Part shown: piece by piece, positions 50,598 through 63,539 of the stretch
How positions within the stretch are numbered: position 1 is the first letter of the stretch
Layout: each line of letters begins with the position of its first letter
NCBI GenBank assembly: GCA_030390025.1
Contig: CM059432.1
Location: 57,352,001-57,416,000, forward strand
Origin: Squalus acanthias
Lineage: Eukaryota
Direction: 5' to 3'
DNA length: 64,000 nt
The notes under the pieces: generated by a model
What the model was told of the DNA's origin: nothing
Database searches by the model: none
The model's input: only the letters and a program-made list of their open reading frames with translations
Program-made: the position numbers and the translations under genes

Positions 50598-52250
50598 AGA
50601 CAGGTTAAGTGAGTGGGCAATAAGGTGGCAGATGGAATATAATGTGGGGAAATGTGAGGTAATTCACTTTGGTAAAAAGAATAGAAAAACAGAATGGGGT
50701 AAAAATTCACTTGGTTGCGCCACCCGTTAGCGCCTTAAGAGGGCGCTAATGGGGCGCAAAGCCGCTAACGCCCGGGCGCAGCGATGTTTGCGCCGCTCGA
50801 GAACTTAACTTGAGATTGTGCGGCGGCGCTAAAACTTACCGCTGCGACCACCTGCGCGCGCAGATTGTGACGTCATTCCATGGTGCAACGCCCTTGGGGC
50901 GTCCCGTAGCGGAAATTGAGTGGCGCCCCCTGCCTTACCGCCTGGCGCTTCCAACGACCAGAAGACTGGAACGCTATCAATTGCTGTGGGGCTGGGGGGG
51001 GCGCTATTTAAAGGGGGCCTCTTCCTGTCTTTTATTGTTGGTGGCATTTTTGAACTATGCATTCTGAGAGAGAGAGGGAGAGACTTCTGGAGAGATTCAA
51101 CGTTGTGTGAAGGAGTTTTGGGTACTGAGCAGCACTTTGCAGGTTCATTTTGATTTGCCATTCCTTGTATCGATTTAGCAGAGACCGTGGGAGCTGCACT
51201 CTGAGCTCTTTGCCTGGTGCTCTCCATTGTTCTTTCCAGCACATTTGATGTGCAAGTCTCTCCAGGCCGAGATTCAAGGCAGCAATGAACAGGATGTGGA
51301 TGGAAAGCAAGATTAACCATCCCCTTTAAGAACTGGCCCGTGCCATTGTGTGTGTGTTCCATTGCTGACTGACATTACATGAGCTTCGCCAGCGCTCCGA
51401 GTTAGCGCCTCACTGCTCGGCCTTTGCGCCTTAAGAGAGGTGTGCAGCGCCTGCTTTAGCGCTCCACTCACCTCCCGGGGCGGTAAAAGTGAAGTTTCCC
51501 GTCAGTGGCGATAATTAGCGCCAGGCGCTAATATTTGCGTCCGGACGATATTTGCGCCCCAAATGGGGCGCGACCTAATTTCTACCCCAATGTTTTTTAA
51601 ATGGAGAGAAACTATTACATGTTGATGTTCAGAGAGATTTAGATGTCCTAGTACAAGAAACACAGAGGGTTAGCATGCAGGTACAGCATGCAATTAGGAA
51701 GGCAAATGGCATGTTGACCTTTATTGCTAGAGAGTTGGAGTACAAGAGTAATGAAGTCCTGCTACAATTCTATAGGGCTCTGGTGAGACCACACCTGGAG
51801 TACTGTGCACAATTTTGGTTTCCTTATTTAAGGAAGGATATACATGCCTTAGAGGCGGTGCAACGAAGGTTCACTAGATTGATCCCTGAGTAGATTGGGC
51901 CTACTCTCTAGAGTTTAGAAGAATGAGAGGTGATGTCATTGAAACATATAAGATTCTGAGGGGGATTGACAGGGTAGATGATGAGAGATTGTTTGCCCTG
52001 GCTGGAGTGTCTAGAACTAGGGGGCACAGTCTCAGGATATGGGGCCGGCCATTTAAGACTGAGATGAGGAGGAATTTCTTCACTCAGAGGATTGTGAATC
52101 TTTGGAATTCTTTGCCCCAAAGGGCTGTGGATGCTGAGTTACTAAGTATATTCAAGGCTGCGATAGATAGATTTTTGGACTCCAGAAGAATTAAGGGATA
52201 TGGGGATAGGGCAGGAAAGTGGAGTTGAGGTCGATGATCAACCATGATCC
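50598..52250 (+). mobile_element. CR1 3' portion interrupted by a Harbinger MITE
   Basis: RLSEWAIRWQMEY before 50696; LVRPHLEYC and RRMRGDVIE after 51588. Confidence 0.9.
50696..51588. mobile_element. Non-autonomous Harbinger, family C
   Basis: TIRs ggggtaaaaatt / aatttctacccc; aat TSD; both ends match 59094-62818. Confidence 0.93.
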
Positions 52251-52446
52251 CCGAGACTGGGGATAAAAGCAGCAACAGACCTGCATCAACAAGAGAAAAC
52301 GGCAGTGTGATGTTACAGGTAAGGCAGGTAAGAGATTGGTACTGACTGTGGCTAAGTTTTAAGATAGTGACTGTGGGCTAAGTTTTAAGTTAACATATAA
52401 CATAATTTTAAAAACGAAACTTAATTTAATTAATTTAATAAACTAA

Positions 52447-53339
52447 GGGGGAAAATTTCAGTTGGTTGCGCCTCCCGTTAGCGCCTTAAGAGGGCGCTAA
52501 TGGGGCGCAAAGCAGCTAGTGCCCGGGTGCGGCGAAGTTTGCGCCGCTCGAGAAATTAACTAGACATTTTGCGGCGGCGCTAAACACTACCGCCACGATC
52601 TCCTGCGCCGGCAGATCATGACGTCACTTGAGTGTGCAACGCCCCGGTATCGCCCCGGAGCGGATATTGAGTGGCGCCCCCTGCCTTACCGCCTGACGCT
52701 AGCAACGACAGGTTGAGGGGAGCGTTCTGCAGTCATGAAGGGAAAGGGGGAGCGCTATTTAAAGGTGACCGCTTCCTGCCTTTTATTGTTGGTGCCATTT
52801 TTGAACTACGCATTCTGAGAGAGAGAGGGAGAGACTTCTGGAGAGATTCAACGTTGTGTGAAGGAGTTTTGGGTACTGAGCAGCACTTTGCAGGTTCATT
52901 TTGATTTTCCATTCCTTGTATTGATTTAGCAGAGACTGTGGGGGCTGCACTCTGAGCTCTTTGCCTGGTACTCTCCATTGTTCTTTCCAGCACATTTGAT
53001 GTGCAAGTCTCTCCAGGCCGAGATTCAAGGCTGCAATGAGTAGGATGTGGATGGAAAGCAAGATCAACCCTCCCCTTTAAGAACTGGCCCGTGCCATTGT
53101 GTGTGTGTTCCATTGCTGACTGACATTACATGAGCTTCGCCAGCGCTCTGAGTTAGCGCCTCACTCCTCGCCCTTTGCGCCTTAAGACAGGTGTGCAGCG
53201 CCTGATTTAGCGCTCCACTCACCTCCAGGGGTGTTAAAAGTGAAGTTTCCAGTCAGTGGCGATAATTAGCGCCAGGCGCTAATTTTTGCGCCCGGACAAT
53301 ATTTGCGCCCCAAACGGGGCGTGACTGAATTTTTCCCCC
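52447..53339. mobile_element. Non-autonomous Harbinger, family C, second copy
   Basis: TIRs gggggaaaatttc / gaatttttccccc; taa TSD; same internal structure as 50696-51588. Confidence 0.93.
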
Positions 53340-53409
53340 TAAATGAGGTAAATAATTTGATTAATACTAAACTAATTAATTAAACAAATAAAGTTACGGG
53401 AGAACAGGA

Positions 53410-54050
53410 GATGTGTTGCTGCTGCAATATGTGGGAGCTTGTGGACATTTTTGTCCAGGGCGACTACATCTGCGGTAAGTGTCTGCGGCTTGAGGAACTT
53501 CGGCTCCAAGTTGAGGAGCTGGAGTCCGAGCTGCAGACATTGTGAGGGAGAAAGTTACCTGGACCTTTTGCTCCAGGAGGCAGCCACACCCCTTAGATTA
53601 AATACTTTAGAATTGACACGTGGTCAGGGACAGGAGGGTGTGACTGCGAGTGAGGCAGGTATGGGGATCCAGGAGATAGTATTGCAGGAGCCTCAGTCCC
53701 TGCACTTGTCCAATAGATTCGAGGTTCTTGCAACACTTGTGGACCAGTGCAGGGACTGTGGGGAGGATGAGCAAACTGACCACAGCACCATGGTACAGGA
53801 AGCCGTTCAAGTGGGGGGAGTAAAAAGGAGGGTGATTGTAATAGGTGACAGCATAGTTAGGGGATAGACACTGTTCTCTGCAGCCAGGAGCGTGAGTCCC
53901 GAAGGCTATGTTGCCTACCCGGTGCCAGGGTAAAGGACATCTCCTCCAGGTTGGAGAAGAACTTGGAGTGGGAGGGGGAGGATCCAGTTATCGTGGTCCA
54001 CGTAGCTACCAACGGCATAGGTAGGACAAAGAAAGAGGTTCTACTGAGGG
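53410..54050 (+). pseudogene. CR1 ORF1 (zinc finger/leucine zipper plus SGNH esterase), frameshifted
   Basis: CCCCNMWELV..YICGKCLRLEELRLQVEELESEL; LSNRFEVL; VIGDSIVRG; CLPGARVKD. Confidence 0.85.
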
Positions 54051-54402
54051 AGTGCTGCATTGTCGGAGGTGCCGTCTTTCAGATGAGATGTTAAACCGAG
54101 GCCCCGTCTGCTCTCTCAGGTGGACGTACAAGATCCCATGGCACTATTTCGATGAAGAGCAGGTGAGTTATCCCCGGTGTCCTGGCCAATATTTATCCCT
54201 CAATCAACATCACTAAAACAGATTATCTGGTCATTATCACATTGCTGTTTGTGGGAGCTTGCTGTGCGCAAATTGGCTGTCGTGTTTCCTACATTACGAC
54301 AGTGACTACAACTAAAAAAAAAGTACTTCATTGGCTGTAAAGTGCATTCGGACGACCGGTGGTCATGAAAGGATCTATATAAATGCAAGTCTTTCTTTTT
54401 TT
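54050..54402 (+). mobile_element. Deu-domain SINE, 5'-truncated
   Basis: gtcggaggtgccgtctttcagatgagatgttaaaccgagg core; tail tataaatgcaagtctttc. Confidence 0.85.
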
Positions 54403-55061
54403 CATTTGCATGGCAGTGATGGATGCCTAAGCCACTAGTGATGCATCTTGGGCAACTGACATGGTGAAGAGGCAGGAAAATCATCCCACAATTAAATTAT
54501 AGGCCATTTAAAACAAAAAAATATTTGGGACTCTGCCCCAACAATGGCCACAGGAAACTCACAGGCACATTTGGGACTGAGAGTATCCAGGTCCCACCAG
54601 GGTTTGTGGCCCTTCTGCCACACTCCCACTGGTGTTACGGTGGGAGTACACCTGAAGGCCCAAGGACTTTTGGCCCCCATGACTTATGATGAAATTCAGC
54701 AATAACATTAAGAGATTGTTTTCTGGAATTGGTTCCAGATCGTGGCAGCAGGTTGTATTGATTAATTCAAATGTAAATTAGATAGATTTCTTCAGGAAAT
54801 AATATGAGTAATTTGGGACATGAAAAATGTAGCTTGCTTGGGAGGAGCAGGTGTCTTTGGACCTATGGGGCTAGAAATATGATCGCGCCGTACCCATTTT
54901 TTGGGCGCTAAATGGGTGACTAAGCCTCCAATTTCTGGTTGAATTTATAAGCCAGTGTTCCCAAAGCTTTCTAAGACAGGGATTTTCCTTGCCTCATGTC
55001 TGGGCCTATAGTAGACTAATTGATGGAGATGACTGCCATGATTGTCAACAACTTCATTGTC

Positions 55062-57182
55062 GTTGTATCATGGGATAGATTCAGAACAGATCTAGCAGCT
55101 CAAAACTGGACATCCATGAGGCGCTGTGCAGCAGAATTGTATTCCACCACAATTTGTAACCTCAAGGACCAGTGTAGCCCTCATGCTACCATTACCATAA
55201 AGTCAGGGGACCAACCCTTGTTCAATGAGCAGGAGAAGGTGTACCTAAAAATCTGGCGAAGCTGCAACACAGAACTACATGCATATTAAAAGTGGAAGCA
55301 GCATGCTATAGACAGGGCTAAGCGATCCCACAATCAATGGATCAGATCAAAGCTCTGCAGTCCTGCCACATCCAGTTGTGAATTGTGGTGGACAATTAAA
55401 CAACTAACGGGAGGAGGAGGCTCCATGAATATCCCCATCTTCAATGATGGCGGAGCCCAGCATGCGAGTGCAAAAGGCAAGGCTGAAGCGTTTGCAACCA
55501 TCTTCAGCCAGAAGTGCCGAGTGGATGATCCATATTGGCCTCCTCCTGAGGTCTCCACCATCACAGAAGCCAGTCTTCAGCCAATTCAATTCACTCCACA
55601 TGATATCAAGAAACAGCTGAGCGCACTGGATACAGCAAAGGCTACAGGCCCCGGCAACATCCCGGCTGTCGTGGTGAAGACTTGTGCTCCAGAACTAGCT
55701 GCGCCTCCAGCCAAGCTGTTCCAGTACAGCTACAACAGCGGCACCTACCTGACAATGTGGAAAACTGCCCAGGTATGTCTTGTCCACACAAAGCAGGACA
55801 AATCCAATCCAGCCAATTAATGCTCCATCAATCTACTCTCAATCATCAGCAATGTGATGGAAGATGTCATCGACAGTGCTATCAAGCAGCACTTACTCAC
55901 CAATAACCTGCTCACTGATGCTCAGTTTGGGTTCCGCCAGGACCACTTGACTCCAGACCTCATTACAGCCTTGGTCCAAACAGGGACAAAAGAACTGAAT
56001 TCCAGAGCTGAGGTGAGAGTGACTGCCCTTGACATCAAAGCAGCATTTGACCGAGTGTGGCATCAAGGAGCCCTAGTAAAATTGAAGTCAATGGGAATCA
56101 GGGGGTAAACTCTCATCTGGCAGGAGTCATACCTAGCACAAAGGAAGATGGTTGTGGTTGTTGGAGGCCACTCATCTCAGCCCAAGGACATCGCTGCAGG
56201 AGTTCCTCAGGGCAGTGTCCTAGGCCCAACCATCTTCAGCTGCTTCATCAATGACCTTCCCTCCATCATAAGGTCAGAAGTGGGGATGTTGGCTGATGAT
56301 TGCACAGTGTTCAGTTCCATTCGCAACTCCTCAGATAATGAAGCAGTCCATGCCCACATGCAGCAAGACCTGGACGACATTCAGGCCTGGGCTGATAAGT
56401 GGCAAGTAACATTCACGCCACACAAGTGCCAGGCAATGACTATCTCCAACAAGGGAGAGTCTAACCATCACCCCTTGACATTTAACAGTTTACCATCGCT
56501 GAATCCCACATCATCAACATCCTGGGGGTCACCATTGACCAGAAACTTAACTGGACCAGCCACATAAATACGGTGGCAACAAGAGCAGGTCGGAGGCTGG
56601 GTATTCTGCGGCGAGTGTCTCACCTCCTGACTCCCCAGAGCCTTTCCACCATCTGCAAGGCACAAGTAAGGAGTGTGATGGAATACTCTCCACTTGCCTG
56701 GATGAGTGCAGCTCCAACAACACCAAGAAGCTCAACGCCATCCAGGACAAAGCAGCCCGCTTGATTGGCACCCCACCTTAAACATTCACTCCCTCCACCA
56801 CCGGCGCACCGTGGCTGCAGTGTGTACCATCTACAAGATGCACTGCAGGAACTTGCCAAGGCTTCTTCGACAGCACCTCCCAAACCCGCGACCTCTACCA
56901 CCTAGAAGGACAAGGGCAGCAGGCGCATGGGAACACCACCACCTCCAAGTTCCCCTCCAAGTTACACACTATCCTGACTTGGAATTATACCACCGTTCCT
57001 TCGTCGTCGCTGGGTCAAAATCCTGGTACTCCCTCCCTAACAGCACTGTGGGAGTACTTTCACCACACGGACTGCAGCGGTCGAAGAAGATGGCTCACCG
57101 CCACCTTCTCAAGGGCAATTATGGATGGGCAATAAATGTTGGCCTTGCCAGCAACGCCCACATCCCATGAACGAATAAAAAA
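55062..57182 (+). mobile_element. Second LINE family, decayed ORF2 and 3' end
   Basis: [33 protein letters not shown]; ends cacatcccatgaacgaataaaaaa. Confidence 0.9.
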
Positions 57183-59450
57183 CATCATGCGACTACCAAG
57201 GTGGTAGAAGGCGAACTAGAGGACCTTGATCTTTTTTTGTGTTCTGTTTTGTACTGTAACTGGTTGTTGGTGTATTGCATAAATCTACTGTGTAAATGTA
57301 TTGCTTTTGTTGCCCTCTTTCCTTTCTGTCCTGTGTATTGGCAATTTCAAAATGTGCAAATTAACAATTTAAAAATGAGAAAAATAGCACAGTAAGCTAG
57401 TTGAGATCATTGGAAATGGCTACTTCATTTTATATTCTGCCTTTAGAGCTGCATCTTATGCAAAATCTGGTTTCATTGTTTATATTTTATTGCTCAGATT
57501 GTGAACTGCACTGACAAAGTGACAATATAATAAATAATATGATTGAATTTTAGATTAAGTTTGAGAGTGATGTAGTCCAATCTGAAACTAAGGTCTTCAA
57601 TCTAAACAGAGGAAACTACAAGGGAATGAGGGACAAGTTGGCCATGGTAGATTGGGAGATTACACTAAAAGGTATGAAGGTGGACATACAATGGCTAACA
57701 TTCAAGGCAATAATGCATAATTTGCAACAAACATATATTCATCTGGGGCATAAAAACCCAAAAGGAAAAGTGATCCAACCATGGCTAACAAAAGAAATTA
57801 AAGCTAGTATTAAGTCAAAGGAGGAAGCTCATAAAGTTGCCAGAAAAAGCGGTCAGCCTGAGGATTGGGATCTTTTTAGAAATCAGCAAAGAGGGACCAA
57901 GAAATTGATAAAGAAAGGGAAAATGGAATATGAGCACAAACTAGCGAAAAATATAAAAACGGATTGTAAAAGCTTCTATAGGTATGTGAAAAGGAAATGA
58001 CTGGCGAAGGTAAATGTAGGTCCTTTACAGTCAGAGACAGGAGAATTTATAATGGGGAATGAGGAAATGGCTGAGAAATTAAATAAATACTTTGTTTCTG
58101 TCTTCACGGAGGAAGACACAAAAAACCTCCCAGAAATACGAGAAAACCAAGGGTGTGGCGAGAATGAGGCGCTTAAAGAAATTATTATTAGTAAAAAAAC
58201 AGTACTAGCAAAATTAATGGGACTAAAAGTCGATAAATCCCAAGGACCGGATGACCTACATCCTAAGGTTTTGAAAGAGGTGGCCATTGGGATAGTGGAC
58301 ACATTGGTTGTCATCTTCCAAAGTTCTATAGATTCTGGAATGGTTCCTGCAGATTGGAGGATAGCAAATGTAACCCCGCTATTTAAGAAAGGAGGGAGAG
58401 AGAAAACGGGGAACTACAGACCTGTTAGCCTCACATCAGTAGTTGGGAAAATGCTGGAATCTATTATAAAGGATGCAATAACTGGACACTTAGAAAGTAA
58501 TAGCAAGATTGGGCAGAGTCAACATGGATTTATAAAAAGGGAAATCCTGTTTGACAAGCCTATTGGAGTTCTTTGAGGATGTAACTAGGGGAGTAGACAA
58601 AGGGGAACTGGTAGATGTGGTGTATCTGGATTTTAAGAAGGCCTTCAACAAGAGGTTGGTGAACAAAATTAGGGCACTTGGAATTGGGGGTAATATACTA
58701 GCATGGATTGAGAATTGGTTAACAGACAGAAAACAAAGAGTAGGCATAAACGGGTCTTTTTCAGGATGGCAGGCTGTGACTAGTGGGGTACCGCAAGGAT
58801 CGGTGCTTGGGCCCCAGCTATTCACAATCTATATCAATGATTTGGATGAGGGGACTAAAAGTAACATTTCCAAATTTGCTGATGATACAAAGCTAGGTGG
58901 CAGTGTCAGTTGTGAAGAGGATGTGAAGAGGCTTCAAGGGGATCTCGACAGGCTCAGTGAGTTGGCGAGAACATGGCAGATGGAATATAATGTGGATAAA
59001 TGTGAAGTTACCCACTTTGGTAGAAAAAACAGAAAGGCAGAGTATTTCCTAAATGGTGAAAGATTGGGGAATGCAGATGCTCAAAGGGACCTGGGGGTAG
59101 AAATTAGGTCGCGCCCCATTTGGGGCGCAAATATCGTCCGAGCGCAAATATTAGCGCCTGGCGCTAATTATCGGCACTGACAGGAAACTTCACTTTTACC
59201 GCCCCGGGAGGTGAGTGGAGCGCTAAATTAGGCGCTGCACACCTCTCTTAAGGCGCAAAGGCCTAGGAGTGAGGCGCTACCTCAGCGCACGAGCGCAGCG
59301 CAGCTGCTGCCAGTTAGCGAGGGAACACAGACACACTGGCGCCGGACACTTCTTAAAGCGGGGGGGGCCACTTGCTCCCCAGCCACACCCTGCTCATTGC
59401 AGCCTTGAATCTCAGCCTGGAGAGACCTGTAATCCATTTTGCTGCCAAGC

Positions 59451-61194
59451 ATGGAGAGGGTGAGAGAACGCGCTCATCGCTTCACCGAGCGGGCCTTGGA
59501 TGCTCTGGTTGACGCAGTGGAGCGCAGACGATGCATGCTGTTCCCGGAGAGTGGCAGGAGGCCTTTGCCACGCGAGTTCAGAAGAGTGTGGAGGGAGGTG
59601 GCTCAGAGCGTCTCCTCCAGGAGCATGGTGCCCAGGACCCATGTTCAGTGCCGCAAAAAGTTCAACGACCTCACTCGGGTGGCTTTTTCTCAATACCTCT
59701 CCATCCCTCCATCTCAACCTCACTCTATGGCCAGAGGGTCTTAAAACCCCAATGCACAACACTCATGCAACACCTATGGCCCTTTCATCAAACACACACA
59801 CACATTCCACACTTTGCATACAGTAAGGGCTATTCACCTATGGGAGGCACATCAGGCAAGACCATGGCTGCATATTGTAAGGGCTATTCACCTATGGGAG
59901 GCACATCAGGCAAGACCATGGCTGCATATTGTAAGGGCTATTCACCTATGGGAGGCACATCAGGCAAGACCATGGCTGTATATTTACTCAGATGCTGTCC
60001 TTTTTCTTGCAGGCTAAGCTGGCTCATAATCGGAGACAGCAGCAACGGACGGGTGGAGGGCGGCTTCAGCTGCAACCCCTCAGCGATCTGGAGGAGCGCG
60101 TCCACAGGATTGTGGCAAGCCGGGTGATCGGTCCCGTCGCCACTGGGGACGCCGACCCCGTTGTGGACAGCAATGGTAAGGTCATCACCTTTTTGTCCTC
60201 TGTCCTTCCACTTGTCCCTCACAATACCAGCCTTTGACACTTTCAATCCAACTTGCTAACTCGCTGCACTTATTCCTCCCTTACTGCCACCCTGTCCTCA
60301 CGCTAAAGCCACTCTTGTACCTCCCTGCTTTCAGATGGTGATTCACCAGCTGAGGAGACGGGCCCTGAAGCTGCCACTGGGAGTGATGCTGCAGCTGAGG
60401 AGGAAGAGGAAGCCGGAGCATCAGTGCCACCCTCTCCCGAGGAAGCCCATGGCCACACTGGGAACACGCCTTCCCCGGAGGGGAGCAGGGGGGAAGGGGC
60501 TGATGATGGTGAAGCTCCAGGACCCAGCGGGCTGCAGCAACGCCATGGGGGGGGGAGGGAAGAACGGGAGCCTTCTCCCCAGAGGGAGAGTATGCCAGAC
60601 ACTCCTACTGCAATGGACGCAGAGGAGGAGCGGCTGATTACAGAAATGAACAGCCAGGCGGTGGGCATGCACACTGAGCTCATGGGTGCAGTGGGAAGGG
60701 TGCCCGAATGCATTGAGGCACTGGCAAGGAGTGTGGAGCACTTCGCTGTAGCACAGGCGGATGCCACACTAAAGCTTACTGCTGCAATTCAGTCACTGGC
60801 TGCCAGGAACCCATCTGAGACTGCTCTCATGCAGACTCAGATTGAGGCCACGCGAGCACTGACTGCTGCCATCCTCGATGGTTCGTGCACATGTCCCCGG
60901 AGCTGTCACCGCGCCGCAGCAGGCCAGCAATCTGTTCTCCGGCAAATTGCTCCGGATGCTGAAGTGCTGCCCCGTGGGAGTGCCAGTGTGTCGGGCGAGC
61001 AGGGAGTTGCTGTCCTCTCTCACGATGACAGCATTCCTGCTGCCAACACTGTCACTTCTCCACTGCACTTGCCACCGCCTGTAGGACAGACTGCTGCCAC
61101 CCATGCAGAGTTGGTGCAGTCTGCAGCCGGGCCCTCCAGGCCCAGAAGTGGTCGAGGCCGTCCTTCAGGGGGCATCTGCAGTGTCAGGGTCTGA
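59451..61194 (+). CDS. Myb/SANT DNA-binding protein; predicted exons 59451-59678, 60013-60175, 60335-61194
   Basis: RFTERALDAL..VWREVAQSV..QCRKKFNDL; cag|AKLAHNRR..TGGG..G|gtaagg; exon phases are compatible; first donor (gtggct) is weak. Confidence 0.8.
59816..59982 (+). repeat. 54-bp tandem repeat, three copies, in Myb intron 1
   Basis: Unit gtaagggctattcacctatgggaggcacatcaggcaagaccatggctgcatatt. Confidence 0.95.
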
Positions 61195-62306
61195 CGAGCA
61201 GCAGCCTCCCTCCTGCCTTGGTGCTGCTGATGATCATCGTCCTCGTCCTGTTCCTCCTCTTCCTCCTCCTCCTCTGGTGGTGCTACAAGGCCTGGTGGCA
61301 TTGGCTGGGTCCTGAGGATTGCCATGTTGTGCAACATGCAGCACACGACGACGAAATTCGAAACTTGCTCAGGCGAGTACTGCAGGGCTCCTCCGGAATG
61401 GTCCAGACAGCGGAACCGTTGTTTCAGCACGCCGATTGTGCGCTCAATAATGTTCCTGGTTGCTTGATGGCTTTCCTGGTACCGCAGCTCAGCAGGGGTG
61501 TTTGGCGCACGGAGCGGTGTCATCAGCCAGGTGCTCAATGCGTACCCCTTGTCCCCCAGAAGCCAACCAACTGGCTGATGCGGTGCCTCGAAAAGTTCTG
61601 CCACAGTAGTCTGGCGCAGGATGAAAGCATCGTGGCAGCTGCCCGGATAGTGGGCATTGACAGCGAGAATCACCTGTCTGTGGTCACAGACCAACTGCAC
61701 ATTCAAGGAATGGAACCCCTTTCTGTTCCTGAATTCCTCTGCATTCTCTCGCGGAGCACGCAAAGCCACATGCGTGCAGTCAATGGCGCCCTGCACCATG
61801 GGGAAGCCCGCTACCCTCGCAAAGCCCATAGCACGGTCATGCTGCTTGTCTGGGGTCATAGGGAAAGAGATGAAGTCTCGTCTCCTTCTGAAGAGGGCAT
61901 TGGTGACCTGCCGGATGCAGCGATGCACCGCAAACTGGGAGATATTGGCGAGGTCCCCAACAGCAGCTTGGAATGAGCCAGTGGCGTAGAAGTTCAAGGC
62001 CACTGTGACCTTCACTGCCACCGACAGAGACGTCCTGGACCTCAGCTGAGGCTGCAGATCTGGCTGCAGCAGGTGGCAGAGCTCAGTGACCACCTCCTTG
62101 CTGAATCGCAGCCTTCGCAAACACAGCTCCTCGGACATATGGATGTAGGAGAGCTGTTCACGATATACCCTGGGAGGGTAAGCTCTCCTGTACATGCGCC
62201 TGATGGCCCTCCTCCGTCTGGCCATCATTGCCACTCTCTGTCTGCGTCTCACTATCCTCCGATTCAGCTGGAGCAGGACGACGCCCCCAATCATTGCAGC
62301 CCCCAT
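61020..62306 (-). CDS. Harbinger DDE transposase (HARBI1-like), uninterrupted 428-aa ORF
   Basis: [55 protein letters not shown] all intact. Confidence 0.93.
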   Translation of the reverse strand: MGAAMIGGVVLLQLNRRIVRRRQRVAMMARRRRAIRRMYRRAYPPRVYREQLSYIHMSEELCLRRLRFSKEVVTELCHLLQPDLQPQLRSRTSLSVAVKVTVALNFYATGSFQAAVGDLANISQFAVHRCIRQVTNALFRRRRDFISFPMTPDKQHDRAMGFARVAGFPMVQGAIDCTHVALRAPRENAEEFRNRKGFHSLNVQLVCDHRQVILAVNAHYPGSCHDAFILRQTTVAELFEAPHQPVGWLLGDKGYALSTWLMTPLRAPNTPAELRYQESHQATRNIIERTIGVLKQRFRCLDHSGGALQYSPEQVSNFVVVCCMLHNMAILRTQPMPPGLVAPPEEEEEEEEQDEDDDHQQHQGRREAAARQTLTLQMPPEGRPRPLLGLEGPAADCTNSAWVAAVCPTGGGKCSGEVTVLAAGMLSS

Positions 62307-63539
62307 ATTCTCTTTGCCAGAAAAGTAATGAGGTACAGCAACTAAAGTAGCAACAAAGTTAGGATGAACTAGGCCAAACTACCTCACAAAGCGTTGAGTC
62401 AATGTAGAAGTCTCTCTCTCTCTCTCTCCGAATCTCTCTCTCTCTCTCAGAACGAGTGGTGCATAAATGTCGACCACAGAAAAAGACAGGAAGAGGCCCC
62501 CTTTAAATAGCGCCCCCCCCAGCCCCACACCGATTGATAACGTTCCAGTCTTCCGGTCGTTGGAAGCGCCAGGCGGTAAGGCAGGGGGCGCCACTCAATT
62601 TCCGCTCCGGGGCGCCCCAAGGGCGTTGCACCATGGAATGACGTCACAATCTGCGCGCGCAGGTGGTCGCAGCGGTAAGTTTTAGCGCCGCCGCACAATC
62701 TCAAGTTAAGTTCTCGAGCGGCGCAAACAGCGCTGCGCCCGGGCGTTAGCGGCTTAACGCCCCATTAGCGCCCTCTTAAGGCGCTAACGGGAGGCGCAAC
62801 CAACTGAATTTTTACCCCCTGGTGTCCTTGTACATGAGTCACTGAAAGTGAATGTGCAGGTGCAGCAAGCCATTAGGAAGGCAAATGGTATGCTGGCCTT
62901 CATTACAAGAGGATTTGAGTACAGGAGTAAAGAGGTCTTACTCCAATTATATAGGGCCTTGGTGAGACCATACCTGGAGTACTGTGTACAATTTTCTCTC
63001 CTTACCTAAGGAAAGATATACTTGCCATAGAGGGAGTGCAACGAAGGTTCACGAGATTGATTCCTGGGATGGCAGGACTGTCGTATGAGAAGAGATTGAG
63101 TAAACTAGGCCTGTATTCTCTTGAATTCAGAAGAATGAGAGGGGATCTCATTGACGCATACAAAATTATTACAGGACTTGATAGGGTGGATGCTGGGAGA
63201 ATGTTTCCCTTGGTTGTGGAGTCTAGAACCAGGGGCCACAGCCTCAGGATAAAGGGTAGGCCATTCAGGACTGAGATGAGAAGAAATTTCTTCACACAGA
63301 GGGTGGTGAATTTTTGGAATTCTCTACCCCAGAGGACTGAGGAGGCTCAGTCATTGGGTATATTCAAAACAGAAGTCAATAGACTTCTGACTAGTAAAGG
63401 CATCAAGGGATATGGCGATAGGGCTGGTGAATGGAGTTGAGGCAGAAGATCAGCCATGATCTCATTGAATGGCGGAGCAGGCTCGAAGGGCCGAATGGCC
63501 TACTCCTGCTCCTATTTCTTCTGTTCTTCTGTTCTTATG

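Larger units (their letters stand above)
59094..62818. mobile_element. Harbinger family C, near-intact two-gene copy
   Basis: TIRs ggggtagaaatt / aatttttacccc; ctg TSD; convergent Myb (+) and transposase (-) genes; CpG-rich ends. Confidence 0.95.
57530..63538 (+). mobile_element. CR1 LINE ORF2 to 3' tail, split by Harbinger C
   Basis: RT ORFs 58052-59090; resumes with gtgtccttg at 62822; tail ttctgttcttctgttcttatg. Confidence 0.92.

Noticed and set aside
50829..51362. 177-aa ORF, with a similar ORF at 52733-53113
   Set aside because: Read-through of a MITE that keeps only the first Myb codons; the C-termini differ between copies
59816..59982. CRISPR-like array
   Set aside because: Head-to-tail tandem units with no unique spacers, in a eukaryotic context
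61218..61976. 252-aa plus-strand ORF
   Set aside because: Antisense shadow of the transposase
61020..62306. Domesticated host gene HARBI1
   Set aside because: Bounded by TIRs and a TSD, paired with Myb and inserted in a CR1, so it is a transposon copy
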